A stretch of 62,412 nt of DNA, filler included. It is 7 parts of 7 records of this genome, joined end to end, with 100 filler letters (N's around TTAATTAATTAA, not from the genome) between each part and the next. Parts side by side here need not be neighbours in the genome. Positions count along the whole stretch, not along the records: positions 8,726 to 16,867 come from DRR723986_5900; positions 16,968 to 26,834 come from DRR723986_5903; 5 more parts are not named here. One strand, given 5' to 3'. Of the stretch, positions 10,010 through 18,652 are shown piece after piece. Positions within the stretch are counted from its first letter, which is position 1. Each line of letters opens with the position of its first letter. The notes below the pieces were generated by a model. The model searched no databases and was not told where the DNA came from. It saw nothing but the letters and a program-made list of their open reading frames with translations. A program made the translations under genes and the position numbers.

Positions 10010-10669
10010 ATGTCTCTCTGGAACGATTTCAACGACGCGCAGTCGAATGCCAATGTCATCCCCAAGGGCACGCTCGCCAAAGTGCGACTGACCATCCGCC
10101 CGGGTGGCTTTGACGATGCCTCCCAGGGCTGGACCGGCGGCTACGCCAAGCGTGGCAACACAGGCGCGGTGTTTCTCGATGCCGAATACACCGTGCTTGA
10201 TGGGCCTTACGCCAAGCGCAAGATCTGGTCGATGATCGGGCTCTACAGCCCCAATGGTCCAAACTGGGCGAATATGGGGCGCAGCCTTATCCGCGGCATC
10301 CTGAACTCGGCGCGGGGGCTCTCGGACAAGGATAAATCCCCTGAAGCTCAAGGACGACGCCGGATCAACGGCTTTGCGGATTTGGACGGGTTGGAATTTG
10401 TCGCGCGGATCGATGTCGGCACCGACACCAACGGGGATGAGAAGAACGAAATCCGCAACGCGGTCACAATCGACCACAAGGAATACGCCCAGATCATGGG
10501 GTTCGCGGCCCCCATGGCCTCCACGCCGTCCTATGCGCAGCCCCAAACCCAGCCGGGGTATGCCCCCTCGACGCCCAACCATGGTGCGCCCACGCATCAG
10601 GCCCAGCCGCAGCAGCCACAACAGGCGCCGGCGCCCGGATTTTCCGGCCGCCCCAGCTGGGCTGAGTGA
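10010..10669 (+). CDS. Putative phage ssDNA-binding protein (DUF669-like)
   Basis: IPKGT, LDAEYTVLDGPYAKRKIW core, P/Q-rich tail ending RPSWAE; follows the AAA_24 gene; RBS GAAAGGA. Confidence 0.7.
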   Translation: MSLWNDFNDAQSNANVIPKGTLAKVRLTIRPGGFDDASQGWTGGYAKRGNTGAVFLDAEYTVLDGPYAKRKIWSMIGLYSPNGPNWANMGRSLIRGILNSARGLSDKDKSPEAQGRRRINGFADLDGLEFVARIDVGTDTNGDEKNEIRNAVTIDHKEYAQIMGFAAPMASTPSYAQPQTQPGYAPSTPNHGAPTHQAQPQQPQQAPAPGFSGRPSWAE

Positions 10670-10680
10670 GGCCAAATCCT

Positions 10681-12378
10681 ATGCGTTTGCGTCCCCGCCA
10701 AAAACTCTTCGTCGAGCGCAGCCTTGCTGCGCTCGTCACCCGAGCCAACACGCTCGGCATCGCTCCGACCGGAGCAGGCAAAACGATTATGCTTTCGGCG
10801 GTCACTGGCGAAAGCATCGGCGACAGCGATGCCAAGGCCTGCGTGCTCGCCCACCGCGACGAGTTGACGGTGCAGAACCGCGAGAAGTTTGGCCGGGTGA
10901 ACCCCGCGATCACAACCTCGGTTCTGGACGCGACGACCAAGTCCTGGGGCGGCCAGGTGACTTTTGCCATGGTGCCGACGCTGGCGCGCGAGAGCAATCT
11001 CACGGCCATGCCAAAGCTGGACCTTCTGGTCATCGATGAGGCCCATCATGCGGTGGCCGACAGCTACCGGCGCATCATAGACTATGTGCGAGATACCAAT
11101 CCCGACGCCCGGATCTTCGGTGTGACCGCGACGCCGAACCGGGGCGACAAGAAGGGACTGCGGACGGTCTTCGACAATGTCGCCGACCAGGTGCGGCTGG
11201 GTGAGCTGATCGCCTCGGGTCACCTGGTTCCGCCCCGCACCTTCGTTATCGATGTCGGCGTGCAGGACAAGCTCAAGGCGGTGCGCAAAACCGTGTCCGA
11301 TTTTGACATGGTGGAAGTGGCCGAGATCATGGACCGCGCGCCGATCACCGAGGAGGTAATCCGCCACTGGCAGGAGAAAGCGAACGATCGGCCCACGGTC
11401 GTCTTCTGCTCAACCGTGGCGCATGCGGCGCATGTGGCTGAGGCCTTTAATGCGGCCGGCATCCCGACTGGCCTGATCCATGGTGACCTGCCTGGTGAGG
11501 AACGGCGCAACATTCTGGCCGCCTTCGCCTCAGGCGAAATCCGCGTCATCACCAACGTGGCCGTGCTCACGGAAGGCTGGGATCATCCGCCCACCTCCTG
11601 TGTCGTGCTGCTGCGCCCCAGCTCCTACAAATCGACGATGATCCAGATGGTGGGCCGGGGCCTGCGCACGGTCGATCCGGCCGAGTTCCCGGGAGTCGTC
11701 AAGACCGACTGTATCGTTCTGGATTTTGGCACCTCGAGTCTGACCCATGGCACGCTGGAGCAGGATGTCGATCTCGACGGCACTTCCGGCACCGGTGAAG
11801 CCCCGACCAAAACCTGCCCCGCATGCGTGGCGGAAATCCCGCTTGCCTGCCAGGAGTGTCCGATTTGCGGGGAAGTGCTGGTCGACGAAGAGGATGAAGC
11901 TGAAACCCGCGAGAGCGCGCTCGGTGGGGCATTGTCCGGATTTGTCATGACGGAAATCGACCTCTTGAAGCGCTCGAGCTTCGAATGGGTCGACCTCTTC
12001 GGGTCGGAGGATGCGCTGATGGCCACGGGCTTCACGGCCTGGGGCGGCATCTTCTGGATGGAGGGCCTCTGGTATGCCGTTGGCGGCGGTAAGGGCGAGA
12101 CGCCCCAGCTCCTCGGTGTCGGTGAGCGCGCCATCTGTCTGGCCCAAGCCGATGATTGGCTAAACGATCACGAGACTGACGAAAGCGCCTTCAAGACGCG
12201 CGGTTGGCTGAACCAGCCCGCCACCGAAAAGCAGCTGCAGTACCTTACGCCCGCGGCGCGAAGCGATTTCGGCCTCACCCGCTACAAGGCCTCGACGCTC
12301 ATGACCTTCGGCTTCAACAAGCGAGCGATCCGGCAGTTGATCCTGAGTGCGGGTCCCACCGCACGGGAGGCGGCGTGA
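10681..12378 (+). CDS. Superfamily 2 (DEAH) helicase with Zn ribbon
   Basis: PTGAGKT, DEAHH, TATP, LTEGWD, QMVGRGLR, CPAC...CPIC. Confidence 0.92.
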   Translation: MRLRPRQKLFVERSLAALVTRANTLGIAPTGAGKTIMLSAVTGESIGDSDAKACVLAHRDELTVQNREKFGRVNPAITTSVLDATTKSWGGQVTFAMVPTLARESNLTAMPKLDLLVIDEAHHAVADSYRRIIDYVRDTNPDARIFGVTATPNRGDKKGLRTVFDNVADQVRLGELIASGHLVPPRTFVIDVGVQDKLKAVRKTVSDFDMVEVAEIMDRAPITEEVIRHWQEKANDRPTVVFCSTVAHAAHVAEAFNAAGIPTGLIHGDLPGEERRNILAAFASGEIRVITNVAVLTEGWDHPPTSCVVLLRPSSYKSTMIQMVGRGLRTVDPAEFPGVVKTDCIVLDFGTSSLTHGTLEQDVDLDGTSGTGEAPTKTCPACVAEIPLACQECPICGEVLVDEEDEAETRESALGGALSGFVMTEIDLLKRSSFEWVDLFGSEDALMATGFTAWGGIFWMEGLWYAVGGGKGETPQLLGVGERAICLAQADDWLNDHETDESAFKTRGWLNQPATEKQLQYLTPAARSDFGLTRYKASTLMTFGFNKRAIRQLILSAGPTAREAA

Positions 12379-12800
12379 TCCATGTCGCATCATCCACGCC
12401 CGCGCCCCCGCTGGCTGTTGATTGCGCGGATCGCCTGCGTCTTTGGCATCCGCGGTTTCAGCCCTGCGCGATCTGCCTGCGCCCGGCACAGGGGTTCGGC
12501 TTCTTTGACCCCAACAAGCGGCGCCCACGGGACTACCGCTGGTTCTGCTCGATGCCCTGCCAGGGGCTCTACGCCTCACGTTTCAAGAAAGGACGGATCA
12601 TGATCGGCATGACCGAGGAAGAAAGGCTGGCTATCGCGCTGGTGATGAAGCGCCTCGGCCAGACCATGGAGGATATCGGCTGGCAGAAGCGCCTTTGCGA
12701 TCTCTCTGAGACCGATGTGTCGTCGCTGATTGAGGAAATTCTCGATGGCTACGGCGCGGAAATGGCGCGCATCGCCAAATCTCAGGGGGTGCCGTTCTGA
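12375..12800 (+). CDS. Phage protein, DUF6511-like, Cys-rich N-terminus
   Basis: GTGA overlap; CAIC...FCSMPCQ then helical domain ending GVPF. Confidence 0.6.
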   Translation: MIHVASSTPAPPLAVDCADRLRLWHPRFQPCAICLRPAQGFGFFDPNKRRPRDYRWFCSMPCQGLYASRFKKGRIMIGMTEEERLAIALVMKRLGQTMEDIGWQKRLCDLSETDVSSLIEEILDGYGAEMARIAKSQGVPF

Positions 12801-13567
12801 TGCTGGATTACAACCACACTCCGAGCTTCGCGGATCGCGTAAATGACGCCGTCGATAGCGCGCTGACAGCAGAAAACGCAATCCGGATGCCCCGCAACTA
12901 TCTCGGGGGTTCCCGTCTTGGTCATGCCTGTGAGCGCGCTTTGCAGTTCGAGTTCACGGCCACACCGAAGGACGACGGCAAGGAGTTCAGCGGTCAGTCA
13001 CTGCGCATCTTCGCCATCGGCCATGCACTGGAGGACCTTGCCGTTGCTTGGCTCCGTCAGGCGGGGTTCGATCTCTACACCCGCAAAGGCAACCGTCCTG
13101 ACGGTGGCCAGTTCGGGTTCTCCGTCGCGGGCGGGCGCATCCGAGGTCATGTCGACGGCATCATCGCTGCCTGGCCCGAAAGTTTCGGTCTCGCCGTTCC
13201 CGCGCTCTGGGAATGCAAGACGATGAACGCGAAGAACTGGCGCGCCTGCGTCAAGGACGGCGTCACCAAGTCGAAGCCCGTCTATGCCGCCCAGATCGCG
13301 GTCTATCAGGCCTATATGGAGGCGCAGGTGCCTGGGATTTCCGCGAACCCGGCCATGTTCACCGCGATCAACAAGGATACGGCTGAGCTTTACCACGAGC
13401 AGGTCCCGTTTGACGCCGAACTCGCACAGCGCATGTCAGATCGCGGCGTGCGCATCCTGCGCGCCACGGATGCGGGTGAATTGCTGCCCCGCGTGGCTGC
13501 CAATCGCGACTTCTTCGAATGCCGGTTCTGCGCCTGGGCTGAGCGCTGTTGGCTGCTGCCCACATGA
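12800..13567 (+). CDS. PD-(D/E)XK Cas4-like exonuclease
   Basis: YLGGSRLGHAC, GHVDG, WECK, QIAVY, C-terminal CRFCAWAERC. Confidence 0.8.
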   Translation: MLDYNHTPSFADRVNDAVDSALTAENAIRMPRNYLGGSRLGHACERALQFEFTATPKDDGKEFSGQSLRIFAIGHALEDLAVAWLRQAGFDLYTRKGNRPDGGQFGFSVAGGRIRGHVDGIIAAWPESFGLAVPALWECKTMNAKNWRACVKDGVTKSKPVYAAQIAVYQAYMEAQVPGISANPAMFTAINKDTAELYHEQVPFDAELAQRMSDRGVRILRATDAGELLPRVAANRDFFECRFCAWAERCWLLPT

Positions 13568-15954
13568 CCGATGCCCCGAAGGACCCGCCTGAAACCGACG
13601 ACGCAGGGAAGGATGCCGCAATGGCTCACTATCATGATGACCGCCCAGAGACGCCAAAACCACCGAAGGAGAACCTGATCCATTTCAATCCGTGGCGCGA
13701 TTTCAACGACGCCGCGCCCATGGAGGATGTGTTCGGCGACGAGCCGGACCCCGAGCAGATCGCCCAATTCATGGAGGTAGTTTTTGGGTATTGCGACGGG
13801 CTGATCCCGGTGCGCAGCTTCATCGACAAGGGCCAGGGCATCGATGGCCGGCCGCATAACATCTGGATCGAGGCTGAAGCAGCCGTCGCCGAGAAGATGG
13901 TGACATTCGCCAACTGGGCGGCGCGTGAAGGGGCGGCGGTTTATGTGATCCCTGGCACCGTTGCCACGAGCGGTCAGGCCAAGGCGGCCGATATTCTGCA
14001 GATGCAGACGGTCGTGGTCGATATCGACAATGGCGACATTGCCACCAAACGCGCCCATCTCGAGCGCCATCTTGGCCCGCCTACCATGGTGGTAGAAAGC
14101 GGTGGCATCACGCCTGAAGGGCAGCGCAAGGCCCATGTCTGGTGGAAGCTAACGGAACCCGCCGAGGGTAGCGATATCGCGCGGGTGACGCGTCTGCGCG
14201 GTGATATCGCAGCCAAGGTCGGTGGCGACATGCATTTCCGCTCCGCCCACCAGCCGATCCGCATCGCAGGCTCGGTCTATTACAAGAACAACCTCAAGAC
14301 CCAGGTGCAGATTGTCGAGTTGAACGCCGAGCGCGAGCGCGATCTCGGCGAGTTCATCGAGGCTGTGGCCGACATGCCACCTGCACCGGGCGTGAACCTC
14401 GCGCCGGATTTCACCGCGACGGACAAGCCGCGCGCCGACGACGTTCTTGTCACGCCCGTGCGCGAGGGCGGCCAGGATGACTGGTCGCGCTTCGAGGGCG
14501 CTTCCGCCGCAATCGGCTATTTCATCCGCATGGTGCACGACGGCCGCCTCTCAAAGGATGAGGGCTGGGAGGCGATCTGTGGTTACAACGCGGCCATGCT
14601 GCGCCCCCAGTGGCCGGTGGAACGGCTGAAGCGTGAATCCGAACGCCTCTGGGCCATCCATGTCGAAAAGCACGGGCCGCCGCTCATCCGGCTCGACAGC
14701 GCAGCCCCTGTGCCTGACGAGATGCCCACCTTCACACTGGGCGCGCTCCTCGATGACACGACGCCGATGCCGGCCGATATTATCGCACCGCGCGTGCTGA
14801 CGCCGGGCGGGCTCTTGGTTCTGGGCGGCGCGCCCAAGGTCGGCAAGAGCGATCTCCTGATTTCGTGGCTCGTGCACATGGCCGCCGGTCAGCCCTTCCT
14901 CGGCTTCACCCCGCCGCGCCCGTTGCGGATCTTCTATCTGCAGGCGGAGATCCAGTATCACTATCTGCGCGAACGCATGCAGCAAATCAGCCTGCCGCCC
15001 CGCCTCATGGCCGGTGCCCGCGACAATCTGGTGGCAACGCCGAAGCTCAAGATGCTTCTCGATACCGAGGGCAGTGTTCATGTGGCCCATGCTATCCGGC
15101 GCGCCTTTCCGGCCGAGCCGGTGGACATCATCTGCATCGACCCGATCCGGAACCTTTTTGACGGCGGTCCCGATGGCGGTGGCGAAAACGACAACGGCGC
15201 GATGATGTTTTTCCTCAAGGACCGCGTTGAAGTCCTGCGAGATCACATCAACCCGGATTGCGGCGTGGTCCTTGTCCACCACACCAAAAAGCTCAGCAAG
15301 CAGCAGGTCAAGGACGACCCATTCCTTGCCCTCTCCGGCGCCAGCGCCCTGCGCGGGTTCTATACCTCAGGGCTGATCCTGCACCGCCCCGACGAGGAAA
15401 GCCCGCAGCGAAAGCTCGAGATCGAGTTGCGCAACGGGCCCGCGCTGGATCCGAAACTGATCGACAAGGTCAAAGGTGAATGGGTCGAGATTAACCCGAT
15501 GAACGAGCGGCTTGTGCGGGCTGAGACGGGCGCCAAACAGGATGCTGAACGGAATCGCAAACGCGATGTGATCATGACCCTGCTCTTCGATGAAGCGGTA
15601 GAAGGCAGGCTCTACACCTCGACCCAATTCGGGGCCGGCTTCGAGAACCAGCATGGTCTTGGTAGTCAGTACACCATCCGCGAGCGGCTCAATGTGCTGG
15701 CGACCAAAGGGATGGTGAAGTTCTGCCGGGAATTGGCAGAGTACGGCTATGCCGCGACCCGTTCGCACTTCGGCTACCTCTGTGTCGAGGGCATGCGTTT
15801 CGGGCGCGATCCGGTGATCGATCCTGACACAGGTGAGGTCCTTGCCGAGGGGCAAATGGTCCTTCCGACCCACTTCAAATGCCCGCATTCTGGCAGAGCC
15901 AAAGAGGTCGAAAACCCGGCGGTCTGGGTCTATCCGGAGGGGCTGGATGAATGA
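13564..15954 (+). CDS. Primase (RepB-like) fused to AAA_25 RepA-like helicase
   Basis: VVDID, VVESGG, HVWW, QPIRIAGS primase motifs; GAPKVGKS, IDP, HHTKK, GASALRG helicase motifs. Confidence 0.85.
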   Translation: MTDAPKDPPETDDAGKDAAMAHYHDDRPETPKPPKENLIHFNPWRDFNDAAPMEDVFGDEPDPEQIAQFMEVVFGYCDGLIPVRSFIDKGQGIDGRPHNIWIEAEAAVAEKMVTFANWAAREGAAVYVIPGTVATSGQAKAADILQMQTVVVDIDNGDIATKRAHLERHLGPPTMVVESGGITPEGQRKAHVWWKLTEPAEGSDIARVTRLRGDIAAKVGGDMHFRSAHQPIRIAGSVYYKNNLKTQVQIVELNAERERDLGEFIEAVADMPPAPGVNLAPDFTATDKPRADDVLVTPVREGGQDDWSRFEGASAAIGYFIRMVHDGRLSKDEGWEAICGYNAAMLRPQWPVERLKRESERLWAIHVEKHGPPLIRLDSAAPVPDEMPTFTLGALLDDTTPMPADIIAPRVLTPGGLLVLGGAPKVGKSDLLISWLVHMAAGQPFLGFTPPRPLRIFYLQAEIQYHYLRERMQQISLPPRLMAGARDNLVATPKLKMLLDTEGSVHVAHAIRRAFPAEPVDIICIDPIRNLFDGGPDGGGENDNGAMMFFLKDRVEVLRDHINPDCGVVLVHHTKKLSKQQVKDDPFLALSGASALRGFYTSGLILHRPDEESPQRKLEIELRNGPALDPKLIDKVKGEWVEINPMNERLVRAETGAKQDAERNRKRDVIMTLLFDEAVEGRLYTSTQFGAGFENQHGLGSQYTIRERLNVLATKGMVKFCRELAEYGYAATRSHFGYLCVEGMRFGRDPVIDPDTGEVLAEGQMVLPTHFKCPHSGRAKEVENPAVWVYPEGLDE

Positions 15955-16180
15955 CTTTGTCATATGACGAAGGCCTTTGTCATCCTCATGCCTTCGTCAT
16001 GAATTCAATGAAATCAATCACTTGACCTATGACGATGACAAAGGCCTCTGTCATGCCCCTTTGTCATCAAAAACGGGATAAATACAAATGAAATCAGATA
16101 CTTGTCTTGACAATATGAGGAAGAGGGGAAACCCCTATACTAAGTATGAGGGGGGCGGACGCCGTCCCGCCCCCTCATAC
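15951..16180. repeat. Putative replication origin: palindromic iterons, IHF-like sites and GC hairpin
   Basis: ATGACGAAGGCCTTTGTCAT (15964-15983), ATGACAAAGGCCTCTGTCAT (16035-16054), half-sites, AATGAAATCA..ACTTG at 16007 and 16087, inverted repeat 16144-16180. Confidence 0.65.
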
Positions 16181-16222
16181 GACGATAGTATCCGCGCGAC
16201 GGGTCGGCCTGTTGCTGCCTCA

Positions 16223-16558
16223 ATGCGCTCCGAAAGCCGTCCCCCCAAGGTCGTCAAGAAGATCGAATTCCGTACCCTGCCGTTGCCGGGCACTGTGCTC
16301 TTGCACGAAGGCCAGCGCTATGTGGTGACCGGGTCCGACCTGCGCCGCCGCAAGGATGGCGAAATCGTCCCGATCATCTTCTGGCAAAGCCACTGCGCGG
16401 AATGTGGCGCAGTGTTCGAGTGTTGGAGTGGCATGCGGTCGAGAACACTGAATCGCCGATGCAGCCTGCACCACGCGCCGGGCAAGGCCGTCACCGCAGC
16501 CGGCAAGAAAAATGCCGCCAGCTATCTGCGCAAGTATGGCCCGCGCCGGAAAGGCTGA
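16223..16558 (+). CDS. Small basic protein with putative Zn finger
   Basis: HCAECG...RRCSLHH; ATG 16223 preferred because the 16088 start overlaps the origin repeats. Confidence 0.55.
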   Translation: MRSESRPPKVVKKIEFRTLPLPGTVLLHEGQRYVVTGSDLRRRKDGEIVPIIFWQSHCAECGAVFECWSGMRSRTLNRRCSLHHAPGKAVTAAGKKNAASYLRKYGPRRKG

Positions 16559-16568
16559 CACATCGTCC

Positions 16569-16610
16569 GACGACGGCGGCCGGTACCGCGAAGCATCAAC
16601 CGCCGTCGTC
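16569..16610. promoter_or_regulatory. Stem-loop upstream of RuvC-like gene
   Basis: GACGACGGCGG ... CCGCCGTCGTC perfect 11-bp arms. Confidence 0.5.
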
Positions 16611-16648
16611 TTCCACCCCAAGCAGTCCACCCGAAAAGGAGACCACCC

Positions 16649-16867
16649 ATGGCTGACCTGACTCTCGCCAGCACCATGCCCGGCGCAACCCCGAAAATGC
16701 CACCGCTGTCCGACGCAGCACGCACCATCCTTGCCCTCGATCTCGGCACTACGACGGGCTGGGCCATCCGTGGCTTCGATTGCCTCATCACCAGCGGCGC
16801 AGTCAGCTTCAAGCCAGGCCGCTACGATGGCGGCGGCATGCGCTACCTGCGCTTCACCAACTGGCTG
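16649..16867 (+). CDS. Phage RuvC-like Holliday junction resolvase, 3'-truncated
   Basis: ILALDLGTTTGWA motif; RBS AAAGGAG. Confidence 0.8.
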
Positions 16868-16967
16868 NNNNNNNNNNNNNNNNNNNNNNNNNNNNNNNNN
16901 NNNNNNNNNNNTTAATTAATTAANNNNNNNNNNNNNNNNNNNNNNNNNNNNNNNNNNNNNNNNNNNN
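16868..16967. other. Artificial contig linker
   Basis: N44-TTAATTAATTAA-N44. Confidence 0.99.
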
Positions 16968-17336
16968 GAAGGGGAACAGCATCCGCGGGCATTCGATGTG
17001 CAGGAACGGGTGCAGCTGCTGCTCGTTCACGTTCTCGATCTGGAAAACGCCGGCATAGTCCAGCTCGATCAGGAAGATCTGCGCGCCGTCATCCTTGGTT
17101 TTGTTGTCGATCTTCAGTTTGACCACAACGTCATACTGATTTTCGGTTGTGCGCTTGCGGGCCTCGACACCGACTTGCACCTGAATTTCAGGCTGGGTGT
17201 TGCCTTGCAGCGATTTCTGCGCGGCGATGTTTTCGAACGACATGTCGCGGATGAATTGAGCAAGAACCTGCATTTTCGGCAGGACGGGGGCCTGAGCGGC
17301 GCCCTCTGGGGCTTGCGACCCGTTTTCTTCGGCCAT
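16968..17336 (-). CDS. secB: Protein-export chaperone SecB, 3'-truncated
   Basis: AQFIRDMSFEN, ELDYAGVF, IECPRMLFPF. Confidence 0.95.
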
Positions 17337-17390
17337 TTGGATCTCCGGGTTATATGGTTGGTGGCGGTTTATCAGGTCAAACCGGTCGCC

Positions 17391-17867
17391 TCAATGGCGA
17401 GTCCATCCCGATGGCCCGTTTCGTGGCGGGTTCTCGTCCACTTCGTATTCCCCTTCGATAATCACATCGGGGCCTTGACGGGTCTGGGTCCATTGTTGCT
17501 GACCCGCGACCACGGATTCCACCTTGATCCGCTTGCGCAGTTCCCGCAGCACCAGATTGCGGAAACCCGGCACAAGCAGCGCAAATCCAAGCGCGTCGGT
17601 GAAGAACCCCGGTGTCAGCAACAAAGCCCCCGAAAACAAGATCATGGCGCCATGGGCAAGGGGTTCTGTCGGATCATTGAGATCGTTGAAACTGGTGCGC
17701 AGATTGGCCATGGCCTGCGCGCCCTGAGATCGCACCAGCATCGACCCCAGAACAGCCGTAAGAATGACAATGCCAAGCGTAGGCCACAGCCCGATCAGGC
17801 CGCCTACCTGGATGAAAAGGGCGATTTCAATCAGCGGCACGCCGATAAACAGGAAAAACAGCCACAT
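17391..17867 (-). CDS. fxsA: FxsA family membrane protein
   Basis: PLIEIALFIQVG, GALLLTPGFFTDALG, IIEGEY. Confidence 0.92.
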   Translation of the reverse strand: MWLFFLFIGVPLIEIALFIQVGGLIGLWPTLGIVILTAVLGSMLVRSQGAQAMANLRTSFNDLNDPTEPLAHGAMILFSGALLLTPGFFTDALGFALLVPGFRNLVLRELRKRIKVESVVAGQQQWTQTRQGPDVIIEGEYEVDENPPRNGPSGWTRH

Positions 17868-17909
17868 CTTGCGTCCTTTCTTCGATCCGGGCGGGTGTTG
17901 GCTCATGGA

Positions 17910-17937
17910 CTTGACCGCCCCTCGCGCCTACATATGT
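17910..17937 (+). promoter_or_regulatory. Putative RpoH (sigma32)-type promoter for Tim44-mltA-smr
   Basis: CTTG-N17-CATATGT resembles the alphaproteobacterial RpoH consensus. Confidence 0.45.
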
Positions 17938-17986
17938 GCCATCGGTATGATACTTTTAACCCCAACTATCCCGAAAGAGGTTCCGA

Positions 17987-18646
17987 ATGAACGCTTCCCT
18001 ACTGCAACTGCTGGTGCTGGCCGGGATCGCGATTTTCCTCATCCTCAAGTTGCGCAGTGTTCTGGGCACGCGGGATGGCTATGAAAACCCTCAGGCCGAG
18101 GCGCCAGCCCGTCGCGGCCCTGCCCGGCGTGACTTCGCGGTAATCGAGGGTGGTCCCGACCGGGACATCACCGATCATGTCGATGACGGTACGGAAGCGG
18201 CCAAGGCGCTGGCGGCGATGAAGATGGCGGAGCCCGGATTTTCTGTTTCTGAATTCCTGCAAGGCGCGCGTGGTGCCTATGAGATGATCTTGATGGCCTT
18301 CGAGAACGGCGATGTCGAAGGGCTGCGCCCCTTCCTGGCGGATGACGTAATGGATACCTTCGAAGAGGTGATCAGTCAGCGAGAAGCACAGGGTCTGTCG
18401 ATCGAAGCGAATTTCGTCGGGGTGCGTGAATTGACGTTGCACGACGCAAGTTTTGACCGCGCTGACAGCATGGCCGAAGTCACGGTCCGGTTCGTGGGCG
18501 AGCTGACCTCTGCCGTACGGAACGCATCTGGAGAGCTGGTCGAGGGCGACCCCAATGCGATCAAGCGCCAGCGCGATGTCTGGACCTTTGGTCGCAAGAT
18601 GGGCAGCTCTGACCCCAACTGGGTTCTGGTTGCTACCGGCGGGTGA
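17987..18646 (+). CDS. Tim44/TimA domain protein
   Basis: LRSVLGTRDG, FLQGARGAYEMI, DVWTF...DPNWVLVAT; secB-fxsA-Tim44-mltA-smr synteny. Confidence 0.92.
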   Translation: MNASLLQLLVLAGIAIFLILKLRSVLGTRDGYENPQAEAPARRGPARRDFAVIEGGPDRDITDHVDDGTEAAKALAAMKMAEPGFSVSEFLQGARGAYEMILMAFENGDVEGLRPFLADDVMDTFEEVISQREAQGLSIEANFVGVRELTLHDASFDRADSMAEVTVRFVGELTSAVRNASGELVEGDPNAIKRQRDVWTFGRKMGSSDPNWVLVATGG

Positions 18647-18652
18647 TTCCCA

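Larger units (their letters stand above)
8726..16867 (+). mobile_element. Prophage/ICE replication-recombination module (alphaproteobacterial), partial
   Basis: Co-oriented, mostly overlapping ATPase-SSB-helicase-nuclease-primase-RuvC-like genes filling the whole contig. Confidence 0.85.

Noticed and set aside
12800..16180. Cas4-like gene plus nearby repeats as a CRISPR or TIGR-like system
   Set aside because: The repeats are short palindromic iterons with no repeat-spacer periodicity; no cas1/cas2, effector or Nop-domain gene is present.
16088..16222. Longer N-terminus for the Zn-finger ORF
   Set aside because: It overlaps the origin-like boxes and hairpin; the ATG at 16223 is more plausible.
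16649..16867. RuvC motif as a TnpB/Cas12-like nuclease
   Set aside because: The LALDLG motif lies near the N-terminus of a small phage gene, typical of a resolvase; in TnpB it is mid-protein.
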